Under the pieces are notes generated by a model. It made no database searches. It saw only the letters and a list, made by a program, of their open reading frames with translations, and was not told the origin of the DNA. DNA of 61,803 bases from Dehalococcoidia bacterium (GTDB lineage Bacteria; Chloroflexota; Dehalococcoidia; DSTF01; JACRBR01): NCBI GenBank assembly GCA_041494685.1, contig JBGQBE010000014.1, forward strand, positions 1 through 61,803, read 5' to 3'. Positions 28,368 to 37,690 of this stretch are shown here, piece by piece. The stretch's first letter is position 1; each line of letters starts with the position of its first letter. A program made the position numbers and the translations under genes.

Positions 28368-28823
28368 CTACCGTCGTTGGCTCAGTCCGGCCACGGCGGC
28401 CGAGACACGGGTCAGCTGCTCTTCCAGGCGCTTGATCGCGCCCTCGAGTTCCTGCAGGTGCTGGCTGGAGTCCTCGCTGCGCAGGACGCCGGCCTCGACG
28501 AGGTGGCGCACGGCATCTTGCAAGCGCGACTGCTGCTCGATCAGCGCGTCAGCTTGCGATCGGATGTTTGCCAGCGCGCCGGCGGCCTCGCGGACGCTGG
28601 CGGCCGGGGCGGCGGCGTTCATCGATTCGCGCGACGCCAGGTAGCGGGCGAGGTCCTGCACGACCATGCTTGCTTTCGTGGCCTCCGCCGCGGCGCGGCT
28701 GGCGCGATCGAAGACCCGCCACGTGCCGAACGTGCCGATCAGCGTGAACAGCAGCAATCCGCTGAGCCCCATCGAAACGGCGGCGACGGCGGCGGCGAAC
28801 TCCCAGTTGGCGGTGTCGCCCAC
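28368..28823 (-). CDS. Membrane-anchored coiled-coil hypothetical protein
   Basis: GGAGG RBS before GTG, N-terminal TM, helical tail. Confidence 0.7.
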   Translation of the reverse strand: MGDTANWEFAAAVAAVSMGLSGLLLFTLIGTFGTWRVFDRASRAAAEATKASMVVQDLARYLASRESMNAAAPAASVREAAGALANIRSQADALIEQQSRLQDAVRHLVEAGVLRSEDSSQHLQELEGAIKRLEEQLTRVSAAVAGLSQRR

Positions 28824-28866
28824 AGTACCTCCCGCCGGGCCGCGGTACGGCCCTGACGCTAGAGAA

Positions 28867-28893
28867 TGATCGGCCGGGCCACAGGGCGGCTAA
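28867..28893 (-). promoter_or_regulatory. Sigma28-like promoter
   Basis: TTAG-N15-GCCGATCA upstream of the 28823/28355 operon. Confidence 0.5.
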
Positions 28894-28916
28894 ATACGGC
28901 AACGAGGGATATTCCC

Positions 28917-29795
28917 CTAGGGATACGCCCGGTACGCCTCGAGCCACGCGGCCAGCCGCGGATTCACGATGTCCGGCCGCTCCTGTTGCGTCCAGTGGCC
29001 GCAGCCGGGCACGGCCTCATACGTGAGATTCTTCACCCATGTGCCGAGGCGCTTGTTTCCTTCCGGCCTTAGCACGGGGTCGTCCTCGCCCCAGAGCACG
29101 AGCGTCGGCACGAGCACCGGCCCGCGCGGCAGGGCGGACCACCCCTGGCGCACCGCCTGCCGGTAGTAGGCGAGCGTGCAGCGGGCCGCGCCGGGGCGCA
29201 GGAACGCCTCGCGGTAGGCGTCGAGATCGGCGTCGCTGAACACGTCCGGGCGCGACGCGCTGCGGCGAAACGCACCAGCGATGGCGGCCGCACGGTTGCG
29301 AGTCAACAGCCACTCGGGCAGGCGCGGGAGCTGGAAGAACAGCATGTACGTGCTGCGCAGCATCTGGGCCGGACTGGTGCGGACGTAGCGGGCAAAGGCG
29401 GACGGATGCGGCGCGTTCATGATCGTGAGCGTGCGTACGGACTCTGGCCGCCGCGACGCCACCTGCCACGCGACGACGCCGCCCCAGTCGTGTCCGACCA
29501 GGTGCATCCGCTCCTCTCCGAGCGCGCGGGCAAGCGCGGCCACGTCCTCGACCAGCGACTCGATGTCGTAGCCGGTACGGGGCTTGTCGGTGAGGTTGTA
29601 GCCGCGCATATCCGGCGCGACCGCGCGGAAGCCAGCCGCGGCGAGCGCGGGCAGTGTCTTCCGCCACGAATACCAGCACTCGGGGAAGCCGTGCAGCAGC
29701 AGCACGAGCGGGCCGGAACCCTGCTCCACGTAGTGGAAGCGGATGCCGTTGGCCTCGATGAAACGGTGCTGGAAGTCGGAAGCAGCGTCTTCCAT
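28917..29795 (-). CDS. Alpha/beta hydrolase (epoxide hydrolase-like)
   Basis: LLHGFPECWYSWR, APDMRGY, VGHDWGG, GHWTQQE. Confidence 0.93.
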   Translation of the reverse strand: MEDAASDFQHRFIEANGIRFHYVEQGSGPLVLLLHGFPECWYSWRKTLPALAAAGFRAVAPDMRGYNLTDKPRTGYDIESLVEDVAALARALGEERMHLVGHDWGGVVAWQVASRRPESVRTLTIMNAPHPSAFARYVRTSPAQMLRSTYMLFFQLPRLPEWLLTRNRAAAIAGAFRRSASRPDVFSDADLDAYREAFLRPGAARCTLAYYRQAVRQGWSALPRGPVLVPTLVLWGEDDPVLRPEGNKRLGTWVKNLTYEAVPGCGHWTQQERPDIVNPRLAAWLEAYRAYP

Positions 29796-29855
29796 GCGGA
29801 CAGCGTAGGTGGAATCCCGTACCCGCGCACGCCGTCAAGCTGCCGATACTTCCGT

Positions 29856-31088
29856 ATGCCCGGTACGGACTCCCGCCGCCGCGCCAGCTACACGACGACG
29901 CTCGCCGTCATGGCCGGCGTCGTGCTGCTGCTGCACGCCATGGTCGCGGCGCTGGTGTTGCTGACGGTATGGCGCGGCGACGGCATCGGGGACTGGGCGT
30001 CGTTCTACGCGGCGGGCTGGATGGTGCGGACGGGGGACGGGGCGCACCTGTACGACTTCGCGCGGCAGGGCGCGGCGCAACGCGCGTTCTTCGGCGACGC
30101 GCTGCAGCCGAACGCCTACCCGCTGCCCGCCTTCGTCGCGATCGCGTTGTCGCCGTTGACGCGCCTCTCGTTCACGTCGAGCTTCTTCGCGTGGGCCGGC
30201 GTGAACCTGGCGATGCTGGCCGGACTGGCGTACGCCTGCTGGCGCTCACTGTCCGGCGTGCCGCGCGGGCTGCGTGCCGTCTACACGGCATGCGCCGCGC
30301 TCTCGACGCCGGCGATCTACACCGTGCTGCTGGGCCAGGTGGACCTGTTTGTGCTGGCGGGACTGGCGTCGTGCTACGCGCTGCTGCACCGCGGGCGGCC
30401 GTACGCCGCGGGCGCGGCGCTGGCGCTGGCGCTGGCGAAGCCGCACATGCTCGGAGGCGTCGTCCTGCTGCTGGTGATGCAGCGCCAGTGGCGCACCCTC
30501 GCTGCGCTGGCAGCCGTGGGCGCGCCGCTGCTGCTCGGACCGGCGCTGATCTTCGGCCCCGGCACGCTGGCGGACCAGGCGCGGCTGATCGCGTCGTATC
30601 CCGGATCGTCGACGGACCACAGCGTCGCCGCGGCGATGATGATCAACGTGCGCGGCACAATCACGAGCCTGACCGGCGCATCGAATCCCTGGCTGTGGGC
30701 GCCGCCGCTGGTGCTGATCGCCGCGGCAAGCGTGTACGCGGCGGCGCGTACCTGGGCGGCGCGGCCGCTCCTGCACGCGCAGTCCTGGGCGCTGGCCTTC
30801 GCGCTGCCGCTCATGTATTCGCCGCACCTTCACCTGCAGAGCATGGTGCTGCTGCTGCCCGCCGGCGCGCTATTCGTGCGCGCGGGCGCGGCGGCCGGGC
30901 GGCCGATCGCGGTGGACACGGTGCTGCTGGCCTTCTGCACCCTCGCGGTCGTCTGGCTGCTGGGCCTGTTCGGACTGGCGCTGATGTGCGTGCCGATCGC
31001 GGCGGCGTTCTGGCTGATCGCGGCGCGCTGGCCGGAGCCGGCAGCAGCGGACGCGCTCGCGGCGCCGGAGCCGCGCCTCGCGGCCTGA
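29856..31088 (+). CDS. GT87-family (GT-C) membrane glycosyltransferase
   Basis: DWASFYAAG, YPLPAF, LGQVD, KPH motifs; many TM helices. Confidence 0.8.
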   Translation: MPGTDSRRRASYTTTLAVMAGVVLLLHAMVAALVLLTVWRGDGIGDWASFYAAGWMVRTGDGAHLYDFARQGAAQRAFFGDALQPNAYPLPAFVAIALSPLTRLSFTSSFFAWAGVNLAMLAGLAYACWRSLSGVPRGLRAVYTACAALSTPAIYTVLLGQVDLFVLAGLASCYALLHRGRPYAAGAALALALAKPHMLGGVVLLLVMQRQWRTLAALAAVGAPLLLGPALIFGPGTLADQARLIASYPGSSTDHSVAAAMMINVRGTITSLTGASNPWLWAPPLVLIAAASVYAAARTWAARPLLHAQSWALAFALPLMYSPHLHLQSMVLLLPAGALFVRAGAAAGRPIAVDTVLLAFCTLAVVWLLGLFGLALMCVPIAAAFWLIAARWPEPAAADALAAPEPRLAA

Positions 31089-31236
31089 TCCGGATTCGAG
31101 GCAGGTTCCAGGTCCACGGATCTCCGTAGCCGCGGAGTGGAAAGCTCCGTACTTCCCACGAGCCCATGCGGGGCCGCCTGTGCGAACATACCGTCAGAAG
31201 GCCGCGCCGCGGCCGCGAACGAGTGGACGGGACGGT

Positions 31237-31764
31237 ATGGCACAGACACGCGATATCAAGACGGCGACGGAGCGGAACATCCGCGTGATGCGGCTCAAGC
31301 CGGCGACGGCCCTGAGCACCGCGCGCACGGTCGTGACGCTGCGGTCGGGCACGACGGCGTGCGAGATCGAGGACGGACCGTGGCGGCTCGTGGCCGACCT
31401 GGCGAAGGGCATGGGCGGCGACGAGACGGCGCCGGACGCCGGCGTCTTCGGCCGGGGCGCCGTCGGCTCGTGCCTCGTGATGGGGTACCTGCTGTGGGCG
31501 GCCCGCCTGGGCGTGCGGGTCGACGACGCGCGCGTGACGATCGAGACGGACTTCAACGCCAAGGGCATGTACGCCGTGGATGACACGGTGTCGCCGGGGT
31601 GGCAGGCGCTGCGCTACACGGTGGAGATCACCAGCCCGGAGCCGGAGGGGCGCGTGCGCGAAGTGATCGAGCAGGCCGACCGACACAGCCCGCTGCTCGA
31701 CGACGTGCGGCGGCCCGTGCCGGTGACGTGCAGCGTGCGCATCGCACGGCCAGCGAAGGAGTAG
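31237..31764 (+). CDS. OsmC-family protein
   Basis: ADLAKGMGG..TAP..G...GAVGSCL, HSPLLD. Confidence 0.8.
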   Translation: MAQTRDIKTATERNIRVMRLKPATALSTARTVVTLRSGTTACEIEDGPWRLVADLAKGMGGDETAPDAGVFGRGAVGSCLVMGYLLWAARLGVRVDDARVTIETDFNAKGMYAVDDTVSPGWQALRYTVEITSPEPEGRVREVIEQADRHSPLLDDVRRPVPVTCSVRIARPAKE

Positions 31765-31768
31765 CGCG

Positions 31769-32590
31769 ATGGAACCGAAGCTGCACCGCCGCGTCCAGCG
31801 TTACGGCTGGGATCTCGCCGTCGCCGACTACGACCGGCACTGGGTGCCGGTGCTGCGCACCTGCTCCGAGCGTGTCCTGGCACTCTGCGAGCCGCGCCCG
31901 GGCGAGCGGGTGATCGACCTCGCCACGGGCACCGGCGTCGCCGCGTTCCTCGCCGCGGAGCGGGTGGGCGACGCCGGCCGCGTCACCGCCACGGACCTCT
32001 CCGAGCGGATGGTGGACGCGGTGCGCGCCGAAGCGGCACGGCGCGGCGCCGCGAACATCGAGGCGGAGCGGGTGGACGCGGAAGAACTGGCGTACGCCGG
32101 CGGGTCGTTCGACGTCGCGACGTGCGTGCTGGGGCTCATGTACCCCGCCGACCCGCAGCGCGCGATCGAGCAGATGTACCGAGTGCTGGCGCCGGGCGGA
32201 CGGGCTGGCGTCTGCGTGTGGGGCCGCCGCGACCGCTGCGGCTGGCGGGAGATCTTTCCGATCGTCGATGCGATCGTGCAATCCGACGTGTGCCCGATGT
32301 TCTTCTCGCTGGGCGGGCCGCAGGCGCTGGACTATGCGTTCGAACGCGCCGGCTTCGTGGAACGACGCGAGGAACGGCTGGCGCAGACGCTGCACTGGCC
32401 GGACGCGCGGACGGCGTGCGCGGCGATGTTCGGGGGCGGGCCGGTGGCGCTGGCGTACTCGAAGATGACGCCCGAAGTGCGCGGCCGCGTGGAGCGGGCG
32501 TTCATCGACAGCATCGCACCGTACCGGAACGCCGACGGCTCGTACGACGTGGAGGGCGAGTTCGTCTTCATGCTGGGCACGAAGGCGTAG
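31769..32590 (+). CDS. Class I SAM methyltransferase (UbiE-like)
   Basis: VIDLATGTG, DAEEL...GSFD, RVLAPGGR. Confidence 0.9.
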   Translation: MEPKLHRRVQRYGWDLAVADYDRHWVPVLRTCSERVLALCEPRPGERVIDLATGTGVAAFLAAERVGDAGRVTATDLSERMVDAVRAEAARRGAANIEAERVDAEELAYAGGSFDVATCVLGLMYPADPQRAIEQMYRVLAPGGRAGVCVWGRRDRCGWREIFPIVDAIVQSDVCPMFFSLGGPQALDYAFERAGFVERREERLAQTLHWPDARTACAAMFGGGPVALAYSKMTPEVRGRVERAFIDSIAPYRNADGSYDVEGEFVFMLGTKA

Positions 32591-32623
32591 CGCGCCGGTG
32601 AGCGCGCTCGCTACACTCGGAGC

Positions 32624-33520
32624 GTGCTGAAGCGACTGCTCTACACGACCGCCGCGCTCTCCGCGCCGGGATTGGCGCTCACCGTCGCGACGGAGCGGCT
32701 CATCCGCTCGCGGCTGTTCTACACGGGCGAGTGGCACGCCGCGCCGCCGGACGACGTCCTGTGGCCGTACGAGGAGGCGGCGTTCGTCGCCGCTGACGGT
32801 GTCGAGCTGCAGGGATGGTTCTTCAAGGCGCAGCGCGCGGACGCGCCGACGCTGCTCTTCTGCCACGGCACCAGCTACAACGCCAGCGACATGTGGGTGA
32901 CTGAGGAGCGCGCTAGGGCGCTGCACGACTTCCTGCGCGGCGTCGGCTGCAACTTCTTCGTGTTCGACTACCGAGGGTACGGGCGCAACAGCCACCTCGG
33001 CACGACGGAGGAGGGCACGTACCTCGATGGCGCGGCGGCCTTGGCCTGGCTGCACGTCCGCGCCGACGTCGATCCCGCATCGATCTTCTTCTACGGCTTC
33101 TCGCTGGGGACGGGCATCGCCACGGAGCTGGCGCTGCGCGAGCCAGCCGCGGGGCTAATCCTGCGCGCGCCGTTCACGTCGATCCGCGCGATGATGGTCG
33201 ACTTCGTCCCGCGGCTGCGTCCGCTGCTTTCAGTGACGCCCTGGCTGCCGCTGACGAACTACGACAACCTGGCAAAGGCGCGCCGCCTCCAGGCGCCGCT
33301 GCTGGTCATGCACGGGGACGCAGACGAGACGGTGCCGCACCACATGGGCCGTCGCATCTTCGACGCGGCGCCGGACCCCAAACAGTTCGCCACGCTGACA
33401 GGCTCCGGGCACCGCGACTTCGCCACGGACCTCATCGTGCCCGCGATCGGGCGCTTCGTGGACGACGTGCTGAGCGGGCGCTTGACGCGCACCACACCGG
33501 CGGCCGCGGCGACAGCCTGA
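32624..33520 (+). CDS. Alpha/beta hydrolase
   Basis: FDYRGYG, YGFSLGTG, VMHGDADETVP, GH. Confidence 0.9.
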   Translation: MLKRLLYTTAALSAPGLALTVATERLIRSRLFYTGEWHAAPPDDVLWPYEEAAFVAADGVELQGWFFKAQRADAPTLLFCHGTSYNASDMWVTEERARALHDFLRGVGCNFFVFDYRGYGRNSHLGTTEEGTYLDGAAALAWLHVRADVDPASIFFYGFSLGTGIATELALREPAAGLILRAPFTSIRAMMVDFVPRLRPLLSVTPWLPLTNYDNLAKARRLQAPLLVMHGDADETVPHHMGRRIFDAAPDPKQFATLTGSGHRDFATDLIVPAIGRFVDDVLSGRLTRTTPAAAATA

Positions 33521-33561
33521 CGTCCGCTGGGACGGCCGTGCGCGAATCGCTACGCTGGGGC

Positions 33562-34128
33562 GTGACCACCGACATCCAGCAGCAGCTTGCCGAACGCGTC
33601 GAAGAGGCCGCCGGGGCGCGTCACCGGCGCGTACAGAGCGACCCGGAGTACCGCGCGCTGAGGAAGCTGGCGGGGCGCAACCGCAAGCACCCTCCGAAGA
33701 CGCCGCTGGACGCCCTCCAGCACGTGGTGGACGTGGCGCGCGAGCTGACGCACGGCACCTTCGGAGCACTCGCCGTCACCGGCGTCAACGACTACGTGGA
33801 GGGGTTCATCGTCAGCGGCATGGACGCGAACGCGCTCGACTCCCTCAAGGGGCCGCCGCAAGGGCACGGCCCGCTCGGCACGATGCGTCAGGACGGCATG
33901 CCGGTACGGATCAGCGACGTCGCCCGGCACGCGAAGGCGTTCGGCTTCCCGCCGAGGCATCCGAACATGAAGGAGCTCCTGGGCGTACCGATCTTTGCGG
34001 GCAGCGACGTGCGCGGCGCGCTGTACGTCACCGACCGCCGCCGCGGCACATTCACCGATGAGGACGAACAGATGCTGAACGTATTGAGCCGCCACGCGGG
34101 CCTGATCATCGAAGCGAGCTGGTACTAG
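33562..34128 (+). CDS. Stand-alone GAF-domain protein (DosS/DevS-like GAF)
   Basis: FGFPPRHPNMKELLGVPI...GALYVTDR...FTDEDE. Confidence 0.85.
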   Translation: MTTDIQQQLAERVEEAAGARHRRVQSDPEYRALRKLAGRNRKHPPKTPLDALQHVVDVARELTHGTFGALAVTGVNDYVEGFIVSGMDANALDSLKGPPQGHGPLGTMRQDGMPVRISDVARHAKAFGFPPRHPNMKELLGVPIFAGSDVRGALYVTDRRRGTFTDEDEQMLNVLSRHAGLIIEASWY

Positions 34129-34129
34129 C

Positions 34130-34993
34130 ATGCGGATAGCGACGTACGCCGAATCACAGGCGCCGGGCGCGGCGTCGCACGTGGGCGTGGTGCTGGGCGA
34201 GCGCATCGTGCGCGTGCCGGGCGTTGCGGACATGCTCGACTTCATCGCGCAGGGCGCCGCGGCGCGCGCGGCGGCGGCACGGCTCGACGCCGCGGCGGGC
34301 GTGGCGCTCGACTCCGTGCGGCTGCTGGCGCCGATCCCCGCGCCGCGGCGAAACCTGATGTGCGTGGGGCTGAACTACGCCGACCACATCGCGGAGTCGA
34401 AGTCGGTCGCCGGTGCCGATGCGCCGAAGTTCCCGACGTTCTTCTCCAAGCCGCCCTCCACGGTCATCGGCCCCGGCGACGAGATCCCGTGGCACGGCCA
34501 CGTCACGAAGGCCGTCGACTGGGAAGTAGAGCTTGCGGTGGTGATCGGCCGGCCGGGCCGCGACATCACCGAGGCCGACGCGCTGTCGCACGTCTTCGGG
34601 TACACCATCGCGAACGACGTGACCGCGCGCGACTTGCAGCAACGGCATGGGCAGTGGTTCAAGGGCAAAGGGCTCGATGGCTTCTGCCCGCTCGGCCCGG
34701 TGATCGTCACGGCCGACGAGATCGGCGACCCGGGCACGCTCGACCTGTCACTGCGCGTGAACGGCGTCGAGAAGCAGCGCTCGAACACGCGGCACCTGAT
34801 CTTCAGCCTGCCGCGGCTGATCGCGGACCTGTCGGCGGGCATGACGCTGCTGCCCGGCGACCTTCTGCTGACGGGCACCCCGTCCGGCACGGGTATCGGC
34901 CAGACGCCGCCGGAGTTCCTGCGCCCGGGAGATATCGTGGAGGCGGAGATCCCTCGCATCGGCCTGCTGCGCAACGCCGTCGCCGCCGGCTAA
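34130..34993 (+). CDS. Fumarylacetoacetate hydrolase family protein
   Basis: CVGLNYADH, DWEVELAVVIG, NDVTARDLQ, LTGTPSG. Confidence 0.95.
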   Translation: MRIATYAESQAPGAASHVGVVLGERIVRVPGVADMLDFIAQGAAARAAAARLDAAAGVALDSVRLLAPIPAPRRNLMCVGLNYADHIAESKSVAGADAPKFPTFFSKPPSTVIGPGDEIPWHGHVTKAVDWEVELAVVIGRPGRDITEADALSHVFGYTIANDVTARDLQQRHGQWFKGKGLDGFCPLGPVIVTADEIGDPGTLDLSLRVNGVEKQRSNTRHLIFSLPRLIADLSAGMTLLPGDLLLTGTPSGTGIGQTPPEFLRPGDIVEAEIPRIGLLRNAVAAG

Positions 34994-35003
34994 TCCGCCG
35001 GCA

Positions 35004-35999
35004 TCAGGGAGCGACGTCGGCGAAGGTCCAGTAGACCGCGTCCACATTTTCACCGCCCACGACGAGTTCCCAGTGCAGGTGCGGGCCTGTCGCCAGGCCG
35101 GTATGGCCGACGAGGCCCACGATCTGGCCCTGCGCGATCGCGTCGCCCTGCGCGACATCGATCCGTGAAAGGTGGTGGTACGCGGTGAAGACGCCGAGGC
35201 CGTGATCGATGATCACGGAGTTGCCGCGCGTCGCCAGCGTGCCCGTCCATGCGACGCGGCCCGCCGCCGCCGCACGCACGGGTGTGCCCTCGTCCGCGGC
35301 GAAGTCGGTGCCGCTGTGGTGGGTCGAGAGGGGCCCGCCGTTGTAGCTGCGGGCGGTGCCGAATGCGGTACTGATCGGCGCGTCCACCGGCAGGATGAAC
35401 GCCCCGCTCCACAGCTTGAGCGGCGTGACCTGCGCGTAGATGGCGGCGCGCGTGTTCGCCTCGGCCTGCACGGCGTCGGGCGGCTGCAGCCCGTTGGGTC
35501 CGTCGGGCGGCACCTGCAGGTACTCGACGGGGAAGTCGGTCGCGGCGACGCGGACGGTCGAGCTGAGCGCGCGTAGCAGCGCGCCGCCGGCGTCGAGCAG
35601 GTTGATGGTGAGTTTGTAATCGCCCGGCTTCACGTCCGGGCTCGCGCCGACGGGAATCCAGAACTCGTCGCCGCCTAACGCCATCGGGTACTGACGGCCG
35701 CGGAAGATCGCGGTCGCGCCGGACGCGCTTCCACGCGGCGCGCGCACGACGATCGTGCGTCCCTGTGCGAGCACCTGCGGCGGTTCCGGCGTGGGTGTGT
35801 CGGTCGGCAGCGGCGTTGGCGTCGCGGTAGGCGTCGGCGTCGGCGTGACGGTGGGCGTGGCGGTGGCGGTCGGGGTGTCGGTCGGTGTTGGCGTGCGGGT
35901 GGGCGACGACGCGCCGATCACACCGCAGCCGCTGAGCACGACGCAGCCCAGCGTCGAGCAGAGCACGGAAACAGCGATGCGCACAGGGTGACCAGGCAC
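35004..35999 (-). CDS. M23 metallopeptidase, putative lipoprotein with PT-rich linker
   Basis: LSGC lipobox, HSGTD, IIDHGLG, GPHLHWE. Confidence 0.9.
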   Translation of the reverse strand: MPGHPVRIAVSVLCSTLGCVVLSGCGVIGASSPTRTPTPTDTPTATATPTVTPTPTPTATPTPLPTDTPTPEPPQVLAQGRTIVVRAPRGSASGATAIFRGRQYPMALGGDEFWIPVGASPDVKPGDYKLTINLLDAGGALLRALSSTVRVAATDFPVEYLQVPPDGPNGLQPPDAVQAEANTRAAIYAQVTPLKLWSGAFILPVDAPISTAFGTARSYNGGPLSTHHSGTDFAADEGTPVRAAAAGRVAWTGTLATRGNSVIIDHGLGVFTAYHHLSRIDVAQGDAIAQGQIVGLVGHTGLATGPHLHWELVVGGENVDAVYWTFADVAP

Positions 36000-36142
36000 G
36001 GACGTAGTCTACCGTCTGCGGCAAGCGCTGCGCTGAACACGCCAGCGCAGCGTTTGCCGCCGCTTCCGGGCGATCTCCGCGCGACAAGAAGGCCCGCCGT
36101 GCAGCGAGCCTTGCTGAATCGATCTGGTGCCGAACTGAGGGA

Positions 36143-36244
36143 CTACTCGTCGCCGTCGTCGTCGTGGCGCACGGAGAGGCCGATGCTGAGGCGGCTGATT
36201 AGCAGCACGACCGCCAGGAACAGCGTCTCGGGAGTGAACGGCAT
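36143..36244 (-). CDS. Putative small single-TM protein (33 aa; 39 aa if started at 36262)
   Basis: MPFTPETLFLAVVLLISRLSIGLSVRHDDDGDE; GC-rich third positions; below ORF-track cutoff. Confidence 0.45.
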   Translation of the reverse strand: MPFTPETLFLAVVLLISRLSIGLSVRHDDDGDE

Positions 36245-36315
36245 GTACGGTATCGTCGGCATCGATTCCCGCTACCCAGAATCTTCTCTTCACCGAGCGG
36301 CCGGGACCGGCAGCG

Positions 36316-37578
36316 CTACGCTTCGACTACCACTGGCACCAATGCGCCGGCGATCTCGGAGCTTCCGCGTCGACGGCGGCGCGATTGGGTGTGCTGGTGC
36401 CCGACGATCAGCGCCAGCGCGACCATCAGGAGCAGCGACGCCAGCTTGAATGGGGCCAGCGGCCCCCAGACGCCGCCGATCGCGCCGCCCATCGCCTGCC
36501 CGGCCGCGACGCCGAGCCCCTGCACCGCGCTCAACGCCCCGAGCCACAGACCGCGGCTTCCCACGTCCGTTGCGTCCAGTGCGGCGGCGCCCCATGCCGG
36601 GATGCTGATGGCGTACGCGAGACCGGCGAGCACCACCAGGTTGACGACAAGGATCGGACTCCGCGTCAGCGTCAGCGCGAAGATGCAGAGCGCCGCGACG
36701 AACAGGCCCGCGATGAGCGGCACCTGGCGGCCGAAGTGATCGGCCAGTTTCCCGAACCGCCACAACGCTATCCCCGCCAAGGCGGCGGGCACGGGAAAGA
36801 GCAGCGCCATGTACGACATCTTCACGCGGAGGACGTCGTGCGTGTAGGCGCCGATCATCGGCGTGTGCAAGCTGGTGCCCAGCGTAAGCAGCAGGACGAT
36901 GACGGCGAGCATCGCGATGCCCGGCGTCCAGCCGGCGGCGTCGGCGGCGCGCTCCACGTCGGCGACCGGGTCCGCATGGGAGCGGCCGTCCGCGTCGTCC
37001 ACGCTGCGCAGGACCATGAGCATCGCCAGCAGACTGAAGCCGATGCACACCCAGAACGCCGCGCCGTAGGTGACGAAGTCCACCATCAGGACGCCCGCCA
37101 GCGTACCGATACCGATGCCGCCCATCTGCGCGATGTTCAACGCCGACATGGTGCCGGTGCGGCGGCCACGCGGCGTCGTGTCGCCGACGTGCGCCATGAA
37201 CGCGGGCCACATCGTCGCCGCGCCGATGCCCAGCACCGCCGAGAACGCGAGGAAGGCGCGCTCGTCGGGCACCATCATCATCAGCGCCAGGACGGGGGCG
37301 CTCAGCGCCATGCCGGCGATCATCGTGGCACGGCGGCCGGCGCGGTCAGCGATCCACCCGGCGACGGGTTGCCAGGCAAACTTCGCGACGCCGTACGACG
37401 CCATGGCGTAGCCCGGATAGGCGAGCCCCGTGTGGAGCGCCTGCGGCAGGTATTGCTGTACCAGCGAGAGAAAGTAGATGCCAACTGCCGCCTGCCAGAG
37501 GAAGACGACGGCGGCCAGTTCAAGCACCCGCAGGCGCTCGTTACGGACCGTATTGGCCACCTGTCGGACGTGGATCAT
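36316..37578 (-). CDS. MFS transporter
   Basis: GWIADRAGRR and GKLADHFGR motifs, about 12 TM. Confidence 0.9.
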   Translation of the reverse strand: MIHVRQVANTVRNERLRVLELAAVVFLWQAAVGIYFLSLVQQYLPQALHTGLAYPGYAMASYGVAKFAWQPVAGWIADRAGRRATMIAGMALSAPVLALMMMVPDERAFLAFSAVLGIGAATMWPAFMAHVGDTTPRGRRTGTMSALNIAQMGGIGIGTLAGVLMVDFVTYGAAFWVCIGFSLLAMLMVLRSVDDADGRSHADPVADVERAADAAGWTPGIAMLAVIVLLLTLGTSLHTPMIGAYTHDVLRVKMSYMALLFPVPAALAGIALWRFGKLADHFGRQVPLIAGLFVAALCIFALTLTRSPILVVNLVVLAGLAYAISIPAWGAAALDATDVGSRGLWLGALSAVQGLGVAAGQAMGGAIGGVWGPLAPFKLASLLLMVALALIVGHQHTQSRRRRRGSSEIAGALVPVVVEA

Positions 37579-37690
37579 GACCCCTCAACCCCACCTGAGA
37601 ACGGTTCTCGCCAAACCGTGGCGCCCGAAAGAGGATCTGCTCACCCTTAGTATCGGCAGTGCGACTCACTATCCCAGCGCCAAGGGGTGG

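Noticed and set aside
31095..31170. Riboswitch upstream of the OsmC-methyltransferase pair
   Set aside because: Only short CGGA/TCCG dyads; no recognisable SAM or other aptamer core.
35790..35905. Tandem DNA repeats in the M23 and 13062 genes
   Set aside because: Explained by Pro/Thr-rich protein linkers.
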